From Torpedo marmorata (lineage: Eukaryota), in assembly GCA_977017645.1 (NCBI GenBank), contig OZ360255.1, positions 4,030,001-4,094,000 on the forward strand: a stretch of DNA of 64,000 nt, in the 5' to 3' direction. Shown in pieces: positions 10,842 through 21,814 of this stretch. Every line of letters starts with the position of its first letter. The stretch's first letter is position 1. The notes under the pieces are model-generated. The model made no database searches and was not told where the DNA came from. It worked only from the letters and a program-made list of their open reading frames with translations. The translations under genes were made by a program, and so were the position numbers.

Positions 10842-11940
10842 GTAAAACACAAAAGACTGCAGACACCGTGGTTGAAGTAAAAACACAATGCTGGAGAAAC
10901 TCAGCAGGTCAGTGTCCTTTATGTAGCAAAGATAAAAATACATAACCGGCGTTTCGGGCTTGAGCCCTTCATCAAGGTGTGAACAAAATGTAGGCAGGCG
11001 CCGTGTACTTTATATAGTGTTACAAATTCAAACCAGCAACGACAGAAGACGCAGTGCAAAAGGGGTAAAATTGAAATTTATATTTATTAACGACAATTAA
11101 ACATATAATTTCACAACAGTCAACCCCACTATAAACGTCTATAAACACTTCTTATCTAAAGTGTGTGTGTGTAAAGCCCAGACCATTACAGTCTGTGCCC
11201 AACCCTCAAGGGAAAAAAAATAAAACCTTCCCCAAAACCCCAGGTCAGTCATAAAAATAAGTCAGTCCCAAAAATACAGTCCACAAAAATCACTCTCTGT
11301 GTTCAGGGTCCAAATTCAGCTCTGTGCGCTGGCACGAAGGACTTCTTAATGAACATTGGAGAGAGAGACAATGACTGTTTAAGCTTACGAATGCTTGGTC
11401 TGCTTTCCTTCCGATGGCTTTCCCTTTTGGTAGGTGCACGTGGGTTGCTATTCCAAATCAGTATACCACTGATTCAGGCGTGTACTTGGATCTCACAGCC
11501 TGTCTCACTGATCTCATGCCTGTTCTCTACGAAAGTTGCTTTATATCATGATTTTGCTGATACAAGAGGCCATGTGCTATTTTCCAAGTCTTTCTTCTGG
11601 AATGCACAAGCCTGGTTTTGATGTTGTTGCTTCAGCCTTTTGAAACTCCAAACTGAATGCTTTTTGCTGAGGTTTGCACCTGCTTTTGCAAAAGTGCAAC
11701 AAAGTATATTTTCCATAGCCTGTCTCTCTCTCTCTCTCTTTGTGTGTGTCTCTCTCTGAGTACAGCCAGTCCTGGGCAAGTTAACTTTCAGTACCTGGTC
11801 CAGTGTGTACTCAAAATACTTCATCCTTCCTGCTGACAGTCTGCAATCCAAATGGTCAGTCATGGTCCATAACAATTGCAAAGATAAAGATACATAACCA
11901 ATGTTTTGGGCTTGAACCCTTCATCAATGTATGGAAAAAT
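10842..11940 (-). mobile_element. Penelope-type element with two tandem 91-nt hammerhead-like units, split by a solo LTR
   Basis: Unit starts at 10912 and 11003. The second unit resumes at 11879 after the LTR (caaagataaagatacataacc...cccttcatcaa). Confidence 0.75.
11018..11874 (-). mobile_element. Solo LTR, diverged subfamily of the same Gmr1-type family
   Basis: tgttaca...ggtccataaca termini. TSD atag/attg (1 mismatch). Colinear with 9706-10603 but more divergent internally. Confidence 0.9.
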
Positions 11941-13315
11941 GTTGAAGATGAGGTGGATATCACTGCCTTGCTCGCTCCCTATTCCAAACCAGCATAGAAC
12001 ATATTTAGGTCGTTAAGTGTAATGCTGTTGCCTGCTCCATTCCTTTGCTTTGATAGTATGCATGCTCTGCCATAACTTCCAGGTGTCTGTGATATGCTCA
12101 TGATCGATGGTGTTGATGACCAATGATATTGGACAGATAATAAACATATCCCAAATTCAACCTGGCTATTTTTGGGCATCACTGTCTTACACTGGATGTG
12201 AAGGAGTTTGCTAATATATCCAAATAGAATCTATTTTCATATTCTGCTGCTATTATCAATAGTTTGCTCAAACTATACTATTTCTGTTCTGGATGTGGTA
12301 ATGCTGGGATGTCTATAGATTTGCTGTTACATTTGGCCCTATGCTGTTAATTAGTCTATACACATAGATGTAATTACAGTCACACTTATGTTTATTGTTA
12401 CTCACTATCCTCACTTCTATTAATATCTATCAATTATTGTAATATTTATTGTCCAAGGTGACAGTTTCAAGAGTAATGCTGTTTTTATATTGTTTTCTCA
12501 CCAGATTCTGACGTGATATGAAGGTATTGTTTCCCAGCTGACGAACCATTCCACCTGTACCGTGGCCATTGCTCACCTGTGAGCTTTATACGAGCAGGTT
12601 TGTCAAGCACAACATCTCAGCAGAAGCCACAGTGGGTGTCCACGCAAGGCGGACGTTTCCATGATGGTCAACCATTTGGATGGGAAAACCAAGATGCTGT
12701 TTCAGGCCACCTTTTCCAAAGGCTGATTGATCTGTGTTTCACCTAACCGAGATGAGCTAAACAAGAACCATCCCTGCCTGCGTAGAATGTCTGTACGCTG
12801 GATAAAACTTGGCTCACCTTGCATGATGTTTCCTCAAACCTATAATGCAAGATCAATGGAAAAAAAAATGCATCTGACAGTCATTTTAGTTCTGAGTGTT
12901 TTCACTGTGTATTTACAATGAAATAAAAATATATTTAAAACAATGTAGTAGCTTTATTTGTTCCAGTGTAAATTGAGATACAGTATCTATGATTCATAAA
13001 GGATTGCTTTCATTAAACTTATTGAGTTTTTTTTTTGTTTTGAAAAATAAATGATCGTGCACTCTGAATTTCTTTTTGAAATGTAATTCAATTAAAAATG
13101 AAATTCTAGATATTGGTGTGGAAAAATGTAGTTCCCTTCGTGAAAATATTCATAGTGCAAATCTATAGGGCAGAGGGAAATATTTTGAATCCGAATTTTA
13201 TATGTTAGAAAGTGAATTTTAATATTTTTTTGCACAAAACCACCTCCCCCCTCACCCTCTCCCTCCGTCGCAGAAGGGAGAGATGGGCTTCAGCCCGGGG
13301 GAGCGCGGAGTTAAA

Positions 13316-13323
13316 TGACGTAA
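13316..13323 (+). promoter_or_regulatory. CRE/ATF-type site TGACGTAA
   Basis: atgacgtaat within the CpG island, 7/8 match to the palindromic CRE. Motif match only. Confidence 0.55.
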
Positions 13324-13508
13324 TGCAGCGGCCCCCGCCGGCGAATGGGAGGCGGCGGCGCGGGTCACGCGACGCGGCGACTTCGGCCATCTCCGGCAGC
13401 CGGGCCCGCCGAGTCCGTCCCCCCCCCCACCTCCTCCCTCCCTCCCTCTCCTCCCCTCCCCCCGAGCGCCCGCACGTCGCTGCGCTGCGCTCGGCGAGAG
13501 AACAACAA

Positions 13509-13520
13509 GCCGCCATTTTG
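13509..13520 (+). promoter_or_regulatory. YY1 site GCCGCCATTTTG
   Basis: Exact match to the long YY1 consensus, which usually lies just downstream of the TSS in CpG-island genes. Confidence 0.7.
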
Positions 13521-14425
13521 TTTGGAGGAGAGGAGACGGGGGAAGAGAGCGGAGAGAAGCGAGCGACAGGAGAGAGAGAGGGGGGGGGGGAAAGAGAGAG
13601 AGAGAGAGAGAGGGGGGAGAGAGCCTGCGCCCGGCCGGGTGTGCGGATCGAGGGCGGGGGGGGGGAGAAGAAAAAAAAAAAGAACGAGGAAAAAAAAGGC
13701 GGGGAGGGGGAAGGAAAAAAAAAACCAACAACTAACAAAATATATATAATCTACGAATCCTGTGGAAAAAAAAAACATTTTTATTTAAGGAAAAAAAAAT
13801 GTAAGAAAGGAAAAAAAAAGGCCGAAACATTTGGTGTGATTGGAGAACGTTGGTCCCGTGCAGAGCCGGACGCTTTCTCTTCACACACGGTGGATGAATC
13901 GTTCTCTCTTTAATCGCAGCGAGAGGGGGCAGTTTTTTTAAAAGGAGGTTTTTTTTAATATATATATATTCCTTCCCTTCTCTCCACACCCCCCCCCCCC
14001 TAACCCACCCACCCCCTCCCTCCACAACCGACTGACGAGGGGGGGGTTTTCTCTCCACGGGAGCCGGGAATGTGGAAGGAAAAACGGGCTGTGAGGTGAT
14101 TTAGGATGTGGTTGACGCCGCTGAGCTTTCATCATCTTTAATTATTTTCACCCCCTTTATTTATTTTTTATTCCCCCCCCCCCCCCCGTCCTTATTCTTT
14201 TTTTTTTCCTCTCTCTCTCCTGCCTCTTGATGCCCATGGACGGTCGACCTAGAACGCCTGGGCCCGGCCTTAGGCCTTAGGCCCAGCCTCTCCGATAGGA
14301 GCAAAGGAAGGGTCTCTCTATTTTTTTTTAAAGTTCTCTCTCTCTCTTTATTTTTCCCTTCCCTCGATATTTGGGGAGGGGAGGGGAAGTTGAATATCTT
14401 TTTCTTGACACGTTTGGGGGAAGAA

Positions 14426-14510
14426 ATGGCAGAGAATCTCCTGGACGGACCGCCTTCAGCCAAGCGGCCTAAAATCTCCTCCCCAGCTCCCCCGGCCAGC
14501 GATGGCACAG
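14426..14510 (+). CDS. EP300: Coding exon 1 of p300/CBP-family histone acetyltransferase (EP300 favoured, CREBBP not excluded)
   Basis: ATG in strong context (gaaATGG). Translates MAENLLDGPPSAKRPKISSPAPPASDGT+G, then a phase-1 donor cag|gtacc. Human EP300 starts MAENVVEPGPPSAKRPKLSSPALSASASDGT and human CREBBP starts MAENLLDGPPNPKRAKLSSPGFSANDST. Includes the KRPK NLS. Too short for the ORF track. Confidence 0.88.
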
Positions 14511-14807
14511 GTACCGTGTTCAAACCCTTCTATCTCGCCGAATAGTTGTGTCAGTTTTGGGTTTGTGTGTGTTGATTTTCTTTTAAAACGTCAAACATTG
14601 TTGCTGTACTGAAATATGAAAGATTGAGGCTGTAGTTTTATTTGAACGTTTGTTAAAATTAATGACTCTAATTCTACATATTGGGGGGGGGGGGGGAGAG
14701 AGGTTAATTCATAAAAAATACTCTGTTCTGGTGATACTTTTGCCTGGAAAGGATCTGTGCTTGTCCAGGGTATTGTTATGGAGGATGGTGAAATCTAATT
14801 TTCCCTT

Positions 14808-15145
14808 AGTAAAAACACAGTGCTGGAGAAACTCAGCAGGTCAAACAGCGTACTTTATAGAGCAAAGATAAAGATACATAACCAACGTTTCAGGCTTGAG
14901 CCCTTCATCAAGGTATGAGCAAAATGTTGGCAGGCGCTATGTACTTTATGTAGCAAAGATAAAGGTACATAACCAATGTTTCGGGCTTGAGCCCTTCATC
15001 AAGGTTCCATAAGGGGTGCCTGCCTACATTTTGCTCATACTTTGATGAAGGGCTCAAGCCCTAAACGTTGGTTATGTACCTTTATCTATTCTATATAAAG
15101 CACACTGTTTGACCTACTGAGTTTCTCCAGCATTGTGTTTTTTGC
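14808..15145. mobile_element. Penelope-type element: two tandem 91-nt hammerhead-like units (-) plus an inverted unit (+)
   Basis: Units start at 14850 and 14941, with an inverted arm at 15017-15145. Flanked by an imperfect 37-bp duplication tattgttatggaggatgg...ttttccctt (14771-14807 and 15146-15182). Confidence 0.8.
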
Positions 15146-16909
15146 TATTGTTATGGAGGATGGAGAAGTCTCCTTTTCCCTTCATGGCTTGCAGTTTTAT
15201 CAGTTGTCTTTCCCCCTTCTTTTTAAAGGGATTCTTGTGGTGCCAACATAAAAATCATGCCATTCTAAGGTTTCTGAGTAGTAACTGATGATCATATGGA
15301 TGTATTAGGGCCTTTTGCTTTTGGTTGGTATGTTTTAATGGATCATGTATGTGGTTAGTTTGTTAGGTATGTCAACAGTTGCATCTCTAAAATGTACTGT
15401 TTATAACTTTGCCTGATCTGAGTAACATGCAGATAAAACGAATAACACCATGTTAACACAGTGTGGTAGTATACTTGTCATTCAGTGAGTATCTTTAATT
15501 TTTAAAATTTGGCAAGATTTGTCCAGCAACAGGAAAAAATTTTGAGATATTATTTAAAAGTTTCTTAGAGATGATTAAATACTATTGTTTAGGTGGTACG
15601 TACGGTATGATACATCCAGCATCTATGCTGGAACCCCTTTGCGACCTTTTCAAGAAGGCATGTTTTGACTTTGGGAAACGTGCAACAAACTTCGTTTAAT
15701 TTCTTGTGTTTTAGCAAGAATTAATTTGGGAACATTTCTGAAGAAATTAACTATTTATAATGATGTATAAGGATTTTTCCTGTGCATATGATACAAAACT
15801 TTGCGCTCTGACATGAAATGAGTATTTCGTGTGAATAAACTTTTAACTAACAAGTTATAGTATGTCATTTTCATACTTCAATCGTAAGATAATTCCATGC
15901 ATATTTACATTATTCCTTCTGGTTGGAAATAATTCTAATACTGTAATCGTGAATACTATTTGTTGTATTTTGCATTATTTTAAATATGGTTATTAAAATT
16001 GAATTTGAAGCTAGTAAAATAAACTGGAGCTGAGTAATAAAGGTCAAATTTGGCAAAATCTAGGTCAGGTTTTGGTACAAAGAATGCAGTTCCTGACCAC
16101 ATCAGTGATGCCTATGGTTGATTTTTTTTCTTTTAAATTTTCTGTTTTGTATGAACATGGTACTTTGGATTCCATCTTATATACAGTTATATTTTTGATC
16201 ATTCGCTATGCAGCAGTGGTGCTGTTGCTGTGAGGTGAGCAAAACTGCACTTAGTTTTACAATGATCCTTAGCTGATTCGAATTCGACTTTAAGCTTTTT
16301 GAGGACACTTCGTAAGTGAGAGATTTCCTCAGGTTATTTGACAATAACTCCAACACCAGTTTTAGATGAATTATTGTCAGTCTGGTGAGGCAAAACCTGA
16401 ATTTGTATTCCATAGTTTCAGCTATAGTTTATTGGCAACTGTAAATGTAGTCACACAGTCACAGTCTTGTTGCAAATCAAAAGAATTTTCATTTAAATGA
16501 TCAGTTCATTTGTGGAGCTCTTTGCCAATTATTTCTTAATCTGCTTCATAGTACATGGTCTGCAGTGGTTGCAGTATTAATTTTTCTGTCCACTGACGAG
16601 AATTGATCATCCGCCCGCTTAGAATTTTTCTCTTTCAATCTTTGTCGTGTTCGTTGATTGGTATCACTCAGATACTACTGCATAATTTACCTAGTTTTCT
16701 CTTCAGTGTATTCACTACATCTACTCTTGTAAATACTCTGTACTTGTACGTATTTTTTTTTTGCAGTAACTGCAACTGTGAATATTTATCTATCTTTCCT
16801 TTGATAATTACTATCTCTTTCTGTCATGGCATATTGTGGTAATTTAATTTTTACTGTTGTGGTTGGTGTACCTATGTGGCTGCAGCAAGCAAGAATTCCA
16901 ATGCATCTA

Positions 16910-17487
16910 TACATTGTCCTGGTGAGACCTCACCTGGAGTATTGCGTCCAGTTCTGGTCCCCAAATTTGAGGAAGGACATACTAGCTATAGAGGGTGTGC
17001 AGCGCAGATTTACAAGGTTAGTTCCAGGGATGTCAGGGTTGACATATGCTGAAAGGTTAGAAAAACTGGACTTCTATCCGATGGAGTTTAAAAGGATGAG
17101 GGGGGGGACATGATTGAGGTATACAAGATTATCAAGGGAATAGACAGGGTGAAATCGGATTACTTGTTCCCAATGATGGGAGAGACGAGGACCAGAGGGC
17201 ATAGTTTAAGAATACAGGGAAGGCCCTTTAGGACGGAGATGAGGAAAAAAATTTTTACCCAGAGAAGTGTGAATCTGTGGAATGCTTTGCCACAGAGGGT
17301 GGTAGAGGCAGATTCGCTGATTATGTTCAAAAGAGAGTTAGATAAGACTCTAGTGGGCAGAGGAGTTAAGGGTTATGGGGATAAGGCTGGAAAGGGGTAC
17401 TGATAGTAGTGATCAGCCATGATCTGTAAAATGGCGGTGCTGGCTCGACGGGCCGAAAGGCCTGCTTCAGCTCCTATTGTCTATTGA
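16910..17487 (+). mobile_element. CR1-clade (HER1-like) LINE 3' fragment
   Basis: LVRPHLEYCVQFWSP, IEGVQRRFTRL and TRGHSLRI...NLWNALP motifs. Stem-loop tail and ctattgtctattg terminus. Confidence 0.9.
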
Positions 17488-18474
17488 CACATTAACTTAG
17501 TTCTTGCTTAGACAATGAATTAAAAGAAATTAAAATGGATATTTCCACCAGATTTGTAGTTTAAATGCTTATCAGATCCCTGCAATTTAACTTGAACTCG
17601 TGTTAGAACTTTTTTAATGATATATTTTAAGTCAATTTGTTATTTGGAGCCGAGTTTTTATTTAAAATGGCAATTGTGGGACTTGTTGCATGTTATTTTA
17701 TTTTTTTTCATATTTTTCAGAATTCCTGTAATAGCCTGTAATTCAGACAATTAAAAAGTATTTGGGAAATTGAGTATAATTTGAAATTTTTATTTCATGT
17801 ATTACAATATCCAGATTTATTTTACTCACTTCTTCGACAGCATGCATAAGATCATAAATTTTAATCAAATATTTAAAAGTACAGATACATCTAGAGATAT
17901 CTGGTGCTGCTTGATCAAATATAACACTTTGACATGTTATTAGAGGGTTATTAGAATAGTAAAAATACTGTTGCATTTTTTTCCTAAATTTTTTTTGATC
18001 TATGTGACTGCCACATTATGTTGTCAGCTATTTATGATGAAAGGCTTGATTTAATAATTTTGTCTCATTTGTCAACATTCTGACATTTAGACAACACTGC
18101 TAAAAACAGATGAATTGTTTGCTAATATATTGATGTTTGTCGGTGCTTGTATGGAAATTGGCTTCCACAGTTCCTACTATAGTGACTGCACTTCTTCAAA
18201 ATTACTTTTATTTATCGTACTCTGTTTAGTGTTCATCTGCAGTCATGAATGGTCTTATGTGTGTTTTTCTTTCTAATAACTTTTCCATTTCTATTGGTTC
18301 CCTGACAAGTACAATTTTCTGTTCAAGAGTGTAAACTCTTGACTGGGTGCTTTTTCACTTTCCCTCTTTAATCAAGATAAAATTATAAAACTAATGAGAG
18401 ATGAAATTAGATATTTCTTTCCTTTGGTGTTTCACTCTATATTCAAGATTCTTTTATTATTGTGTAATAAAACA

Positions 18475-18600
18475 GAAAATGTAATATTACACAAAATTTC
18501 CTTTAGTCTACCGTAAGGCAGGCAAAGAGTTGCCATTAGTATTGTCTGACGCCTCTTACAGTAAGAGAAAGAGAAGCAAAAAAAGAGTCCCTTCAGAGAC
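18475..18600 (-). mobile_element. 3' fragment of the GC-rich non-autonomous element family seen at 50600-51433
   Basis: Reverse complement gactct(t)ttttgcttctctttctcttactgtaagaggcg...ctgccttacggtagac...aaattt matches 51255-51390 and the 5S-SINE tail. Confidence 0.55.
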
Positions 18601-19757
18601 ATTTCTTGTCTTCATGGTTAATGTTATTCCAGAAAGCTCTGGAGTCATTGAAGTAATCATCTTAAATGTCTTCTGCTTTCTCACATGTGTCAAACAGTCA
18701 CCCTTGAGCTTTTTAAAATAAATCAAAAACAATTTTTAAAAATTCCTTAGATCCTAACATATAGGTAAACTTTTCAAGAAATTACCAGTACTCTGTGAAT
18801 TGTGGAGGGAAAGGAAGAAACCTTACGGGAGATGCATTTTTAAAATAATTATTTTGAACTTTGTAGCAAACAGGTGAGCCAGCAACTTTGTGACAAAGGG
18901 TAAGGCTAAGTAAGACTTCTTGGTGGTATTTAATTGAGTAGTTCTTAAATTTGCTGTAGAAATGGCCATTGTAAACCTCTTAAACCCCAGTAGTTTTGTC
19001 AGTCATTATTTTAGTGAGTTCAGTACTTCTTGATGACTTTTTGTGTTTCAGAAAGCTTTTAAGCTAATTATTTGTCAGACACTGAATGTTTGCAGATAAA
19101 TGTTGAACTTGATGATCCTCCATGAATTTGGGGAAAATATTTTAGAAACCTATGTTCTTTATGCTACAAAAAGATGTGGTTATCAGACCTTGAACTTTAG
19201 CATTGAGAGTGGGTCTACAGTTCTTGCTGAAGCTTGAGATTGTGGGAAAAGATAGTAGTGAGTTTAGTAGTGCATTATGGATTGAATTTTGCTTTATTGC
19301 TCACCTGTCATCAAAGTCAAATCTCGGTTTTTTGTGTTTGGTATCAACCGCCAATTTCCCCCACCGCTATCGTCACCGGCAATTTTTTGGCCACTTCAGT
19401 TCCCTTGAAAAGGGTGACTTGATTTCTTGGTTGTTATGGTGATTTCACTTATCTGTAACTAACTTCATATTAATGAAAGATAGTGTTAATGTTTTTTTTG
19501 ACAGCATATTTTGCATATACCGGTAGTTGTATAATTTCCCCAATGATATATTATGGACCAGTATTGTGGTGCTTCCAAACTAATAACAGCAGGTTTATAT
19601 TTTATAGAACTTTTGGTATGAATTTCTCTTTTGAATAGTTTGCAAAACCAACATTAATACATTTGATCATGTTTGAATTTAACTAGTTTCTCAATTCAGT
19701 AGTAATATTCTTTTTGTGTGTCTGAATCACAAAATCTCAATTAAATAAATCTGATCC

Positions 19758-19861
19758 ATGGGAGGGGGGGGTGAAAATGTATCACAAATAATTTCATAAC
19801 TGTATATTTTATTTTATGTATTTTGTGATTTAAAAATTTTAAATAAAATATTTTTTAAAAA
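19758..19861 (+). mobile_element. Severely 5'-truncated L1 (3' UTR only), 11-bp TSD
   Basis: TSD aaatctgatcc at 19747 and 19862. Matches the L1 3' UTRs at 21445-21543 and 54160-54260. Confidence 0.75.
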
Positions 19862-20161
19862 AAATCTGATCCTGGACCAAAATAAATGACAAATAATGTT
19901 GTGTTAGGTTTTCCTGTTTGCGATTTTTACAATTTGTGTAGGAAACCTCTTTGTAAACATTAATAACATTATTAGAATGCCACAGCATGCTGATTTTATG
20001 AAAGACGTGCGACAATTTCAAAGTTTATTACATTGGCACTCTTGGGTTCTCTATTAAATAACTGGTTAGAGGGACAGGGGGATGGGTTTATTGGAAAAAA
20101 ATTGGGAACATTTTGCTTTCTAAGATCTAATGCATGGAGCCCCTGAGTGTTGATAATTGTT

Positions 20162-21814
20162 TGAATATTTTATTTAAGAAAATTTTCATCCATACATGTA
20201 TAGTTTATAAAATACAATATTAAATTATTGATTTATTTATACATGATGGTATAAATCCCCACCCCCTCTACCCCCTCCCCCCCAAACCAAAACCCCGGAA
20301 AGGAAGAAAGAAAAGAAGAGAAATAAAAAGAAAAGTATGAAGAAAGATAAAGTAACCTGGATGTTAAGAAGGAGGTTAACGAGGTACTCGAGGTGGAGAA
20401 ACCTCTATAAATTTATTCCTACCGTTAATAAATATGGGCGCCAAATTTTCAAAAATACATCATATTTGTTTCTTAAATTATAAGTAATCTTCTCAAGTGG
20501 AATACAACTACGCATTTCTGTATTCCACCGCTCCATACCCAAATGGAAGTCTGATTTCCAGGTTACTGCTGTACATTTTTTTGCTAGTGCAATTTTTACA
20601 AATTCTTTTTGATAATGATAAATTGATAAATAAATATATAAGAAAGTTTCTTTGGAAGGGTAAGATGTCGAGGGTTTCTTTAGAAAAATTAACATGGAAA
20701 TTTGAGTTGGGAGGCTTACAGCTTTCAAATTTTAAGAATTATAAAGCAGCTCAAACAAGATTCATTGCATCTTTCTTTGAAGCAGGAGAGAAGTCGGCAT
20801 GGATCAAAATAGAATTAGATAAGATAGGAGAGAAAATACCAGAAGATTTTATATATGTGGGAACCTAAACTAATAACGGGTGCGAGAGAAGCCCCTTTGT
20901 TGAAACATTTGATTAATATTTGGAATAAGATAAACATTGATGATGAAACGAGGGGACCTCTGTTATCAAAAATGCCTTTGATCCAAAATCGACTTATTCC
21001 TTTTACAATGGATAATCAACTTTTAAACATATGGTCTCGTAAAGGAATTAGATACATAGAAAATTGTTATGAAGGGGATAAATTAATGTCATTTGAACAA
21101 TTAAGAAATAAATATGGGATACAAAATAATACACTTTTTTGTTATTTTCAGTTAAGAGCATATTTAAGAGATAAATTGGGCTCAACAATGTTATTACCAA
21201 ACATTACTTATAATTTACGTAATAAATATCATTTCTTTTTGAAAATTTGGAGCCCATATATGAGAGCTGTGGGTTTAAGGATTTGAAGATCTCTAGATAT
21301 CGGATCTACTGGCATACTTGACCTCTGTAATAGAATTAGTTTATAGATGATATTCCCCTTATTCTATCTTTTCCTTTTCTTTTTTCTATTTTTATTTTTA
21401 TATTACTAGATTAGTGGGGATGGGGGGGTTAGGGAGGGGAGGGAGGTGGGGGGGTGAAAATGTATCACATGTATTTTGACAATTTTATATTTTATTTTAT
21501 GTATTTTGTGATTTAAAAGTTTAAATAAAATAATTTTAAAAAAACAATGTTATTACCGAAACCTAGTGATAGTGAAATTTTGATTCGGAATAGACATATA
21601 AAGAAATTCACTTCAGCCATGTATACTTTACTACAAAAAGGAACTTCTTCATAGATCTAGACAAAGATGGGAGATGGACCAGAATATTAATATTGACGAA
21701 CGAAATTGGTCGGAGATATGTCGAGAGAGTATGACAAATACAATAAATGTTAGGTATAGATTGGTTCAATATAATTTTTTACACCAATTATATATTACAC
21801 CACAGAAATTGAAA
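20162..21814 (-). mobile_element. L1-clade insertion with 5' inversion, 16-bp TSD
   Basis: 3' end on - (20162-about 20610, IALAKKCTAVTWK...PLEKITY). Upstream ORF2 part on + (about 20610-21814, FLWKGK...GGLQL...RYRLVQYNFLHQLYITP). TSD agtg(t/c)tgataattgtt at 20146 and 21815. Confidence 0.85.
21199..21542 (+). mobile_element. Second L1 3' end nested in the inverted L1
   Basis: TSD aacaatgttattacc at 21184 and 21543. ITYNLRNKYHFFLKIWSPY, then 3' UTR and A-rich tail. Confidence 0.8.

Larger units (their letters stand above)
13240..13710 (+). promoter_or_regulatory. CpG-island promoter of the EP300/CREBBP-family gene
   Basis: Abrupt GC/CpG-rich segment in CpG-poor DNA, about 0.7-1.2 kb upstream of the exon-1 ATG. 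Contains GC boxes (gggcgggg). Confidence 0.85.

Noticed and set aside
9706-11874. One small two-LTR element (TRIM-like)
   Set aside because: Each LTR has its own TSD, they belong to different subfamilies, and there is no PBS or PPT between them.
13205-14135. Long overlapping ORFs (up to 233 aa) in the CpG island
   Set aside because: Low-complexity translations of GC-rich and homopolymer promoter/leader DNA. The real CDS starts at 14426.
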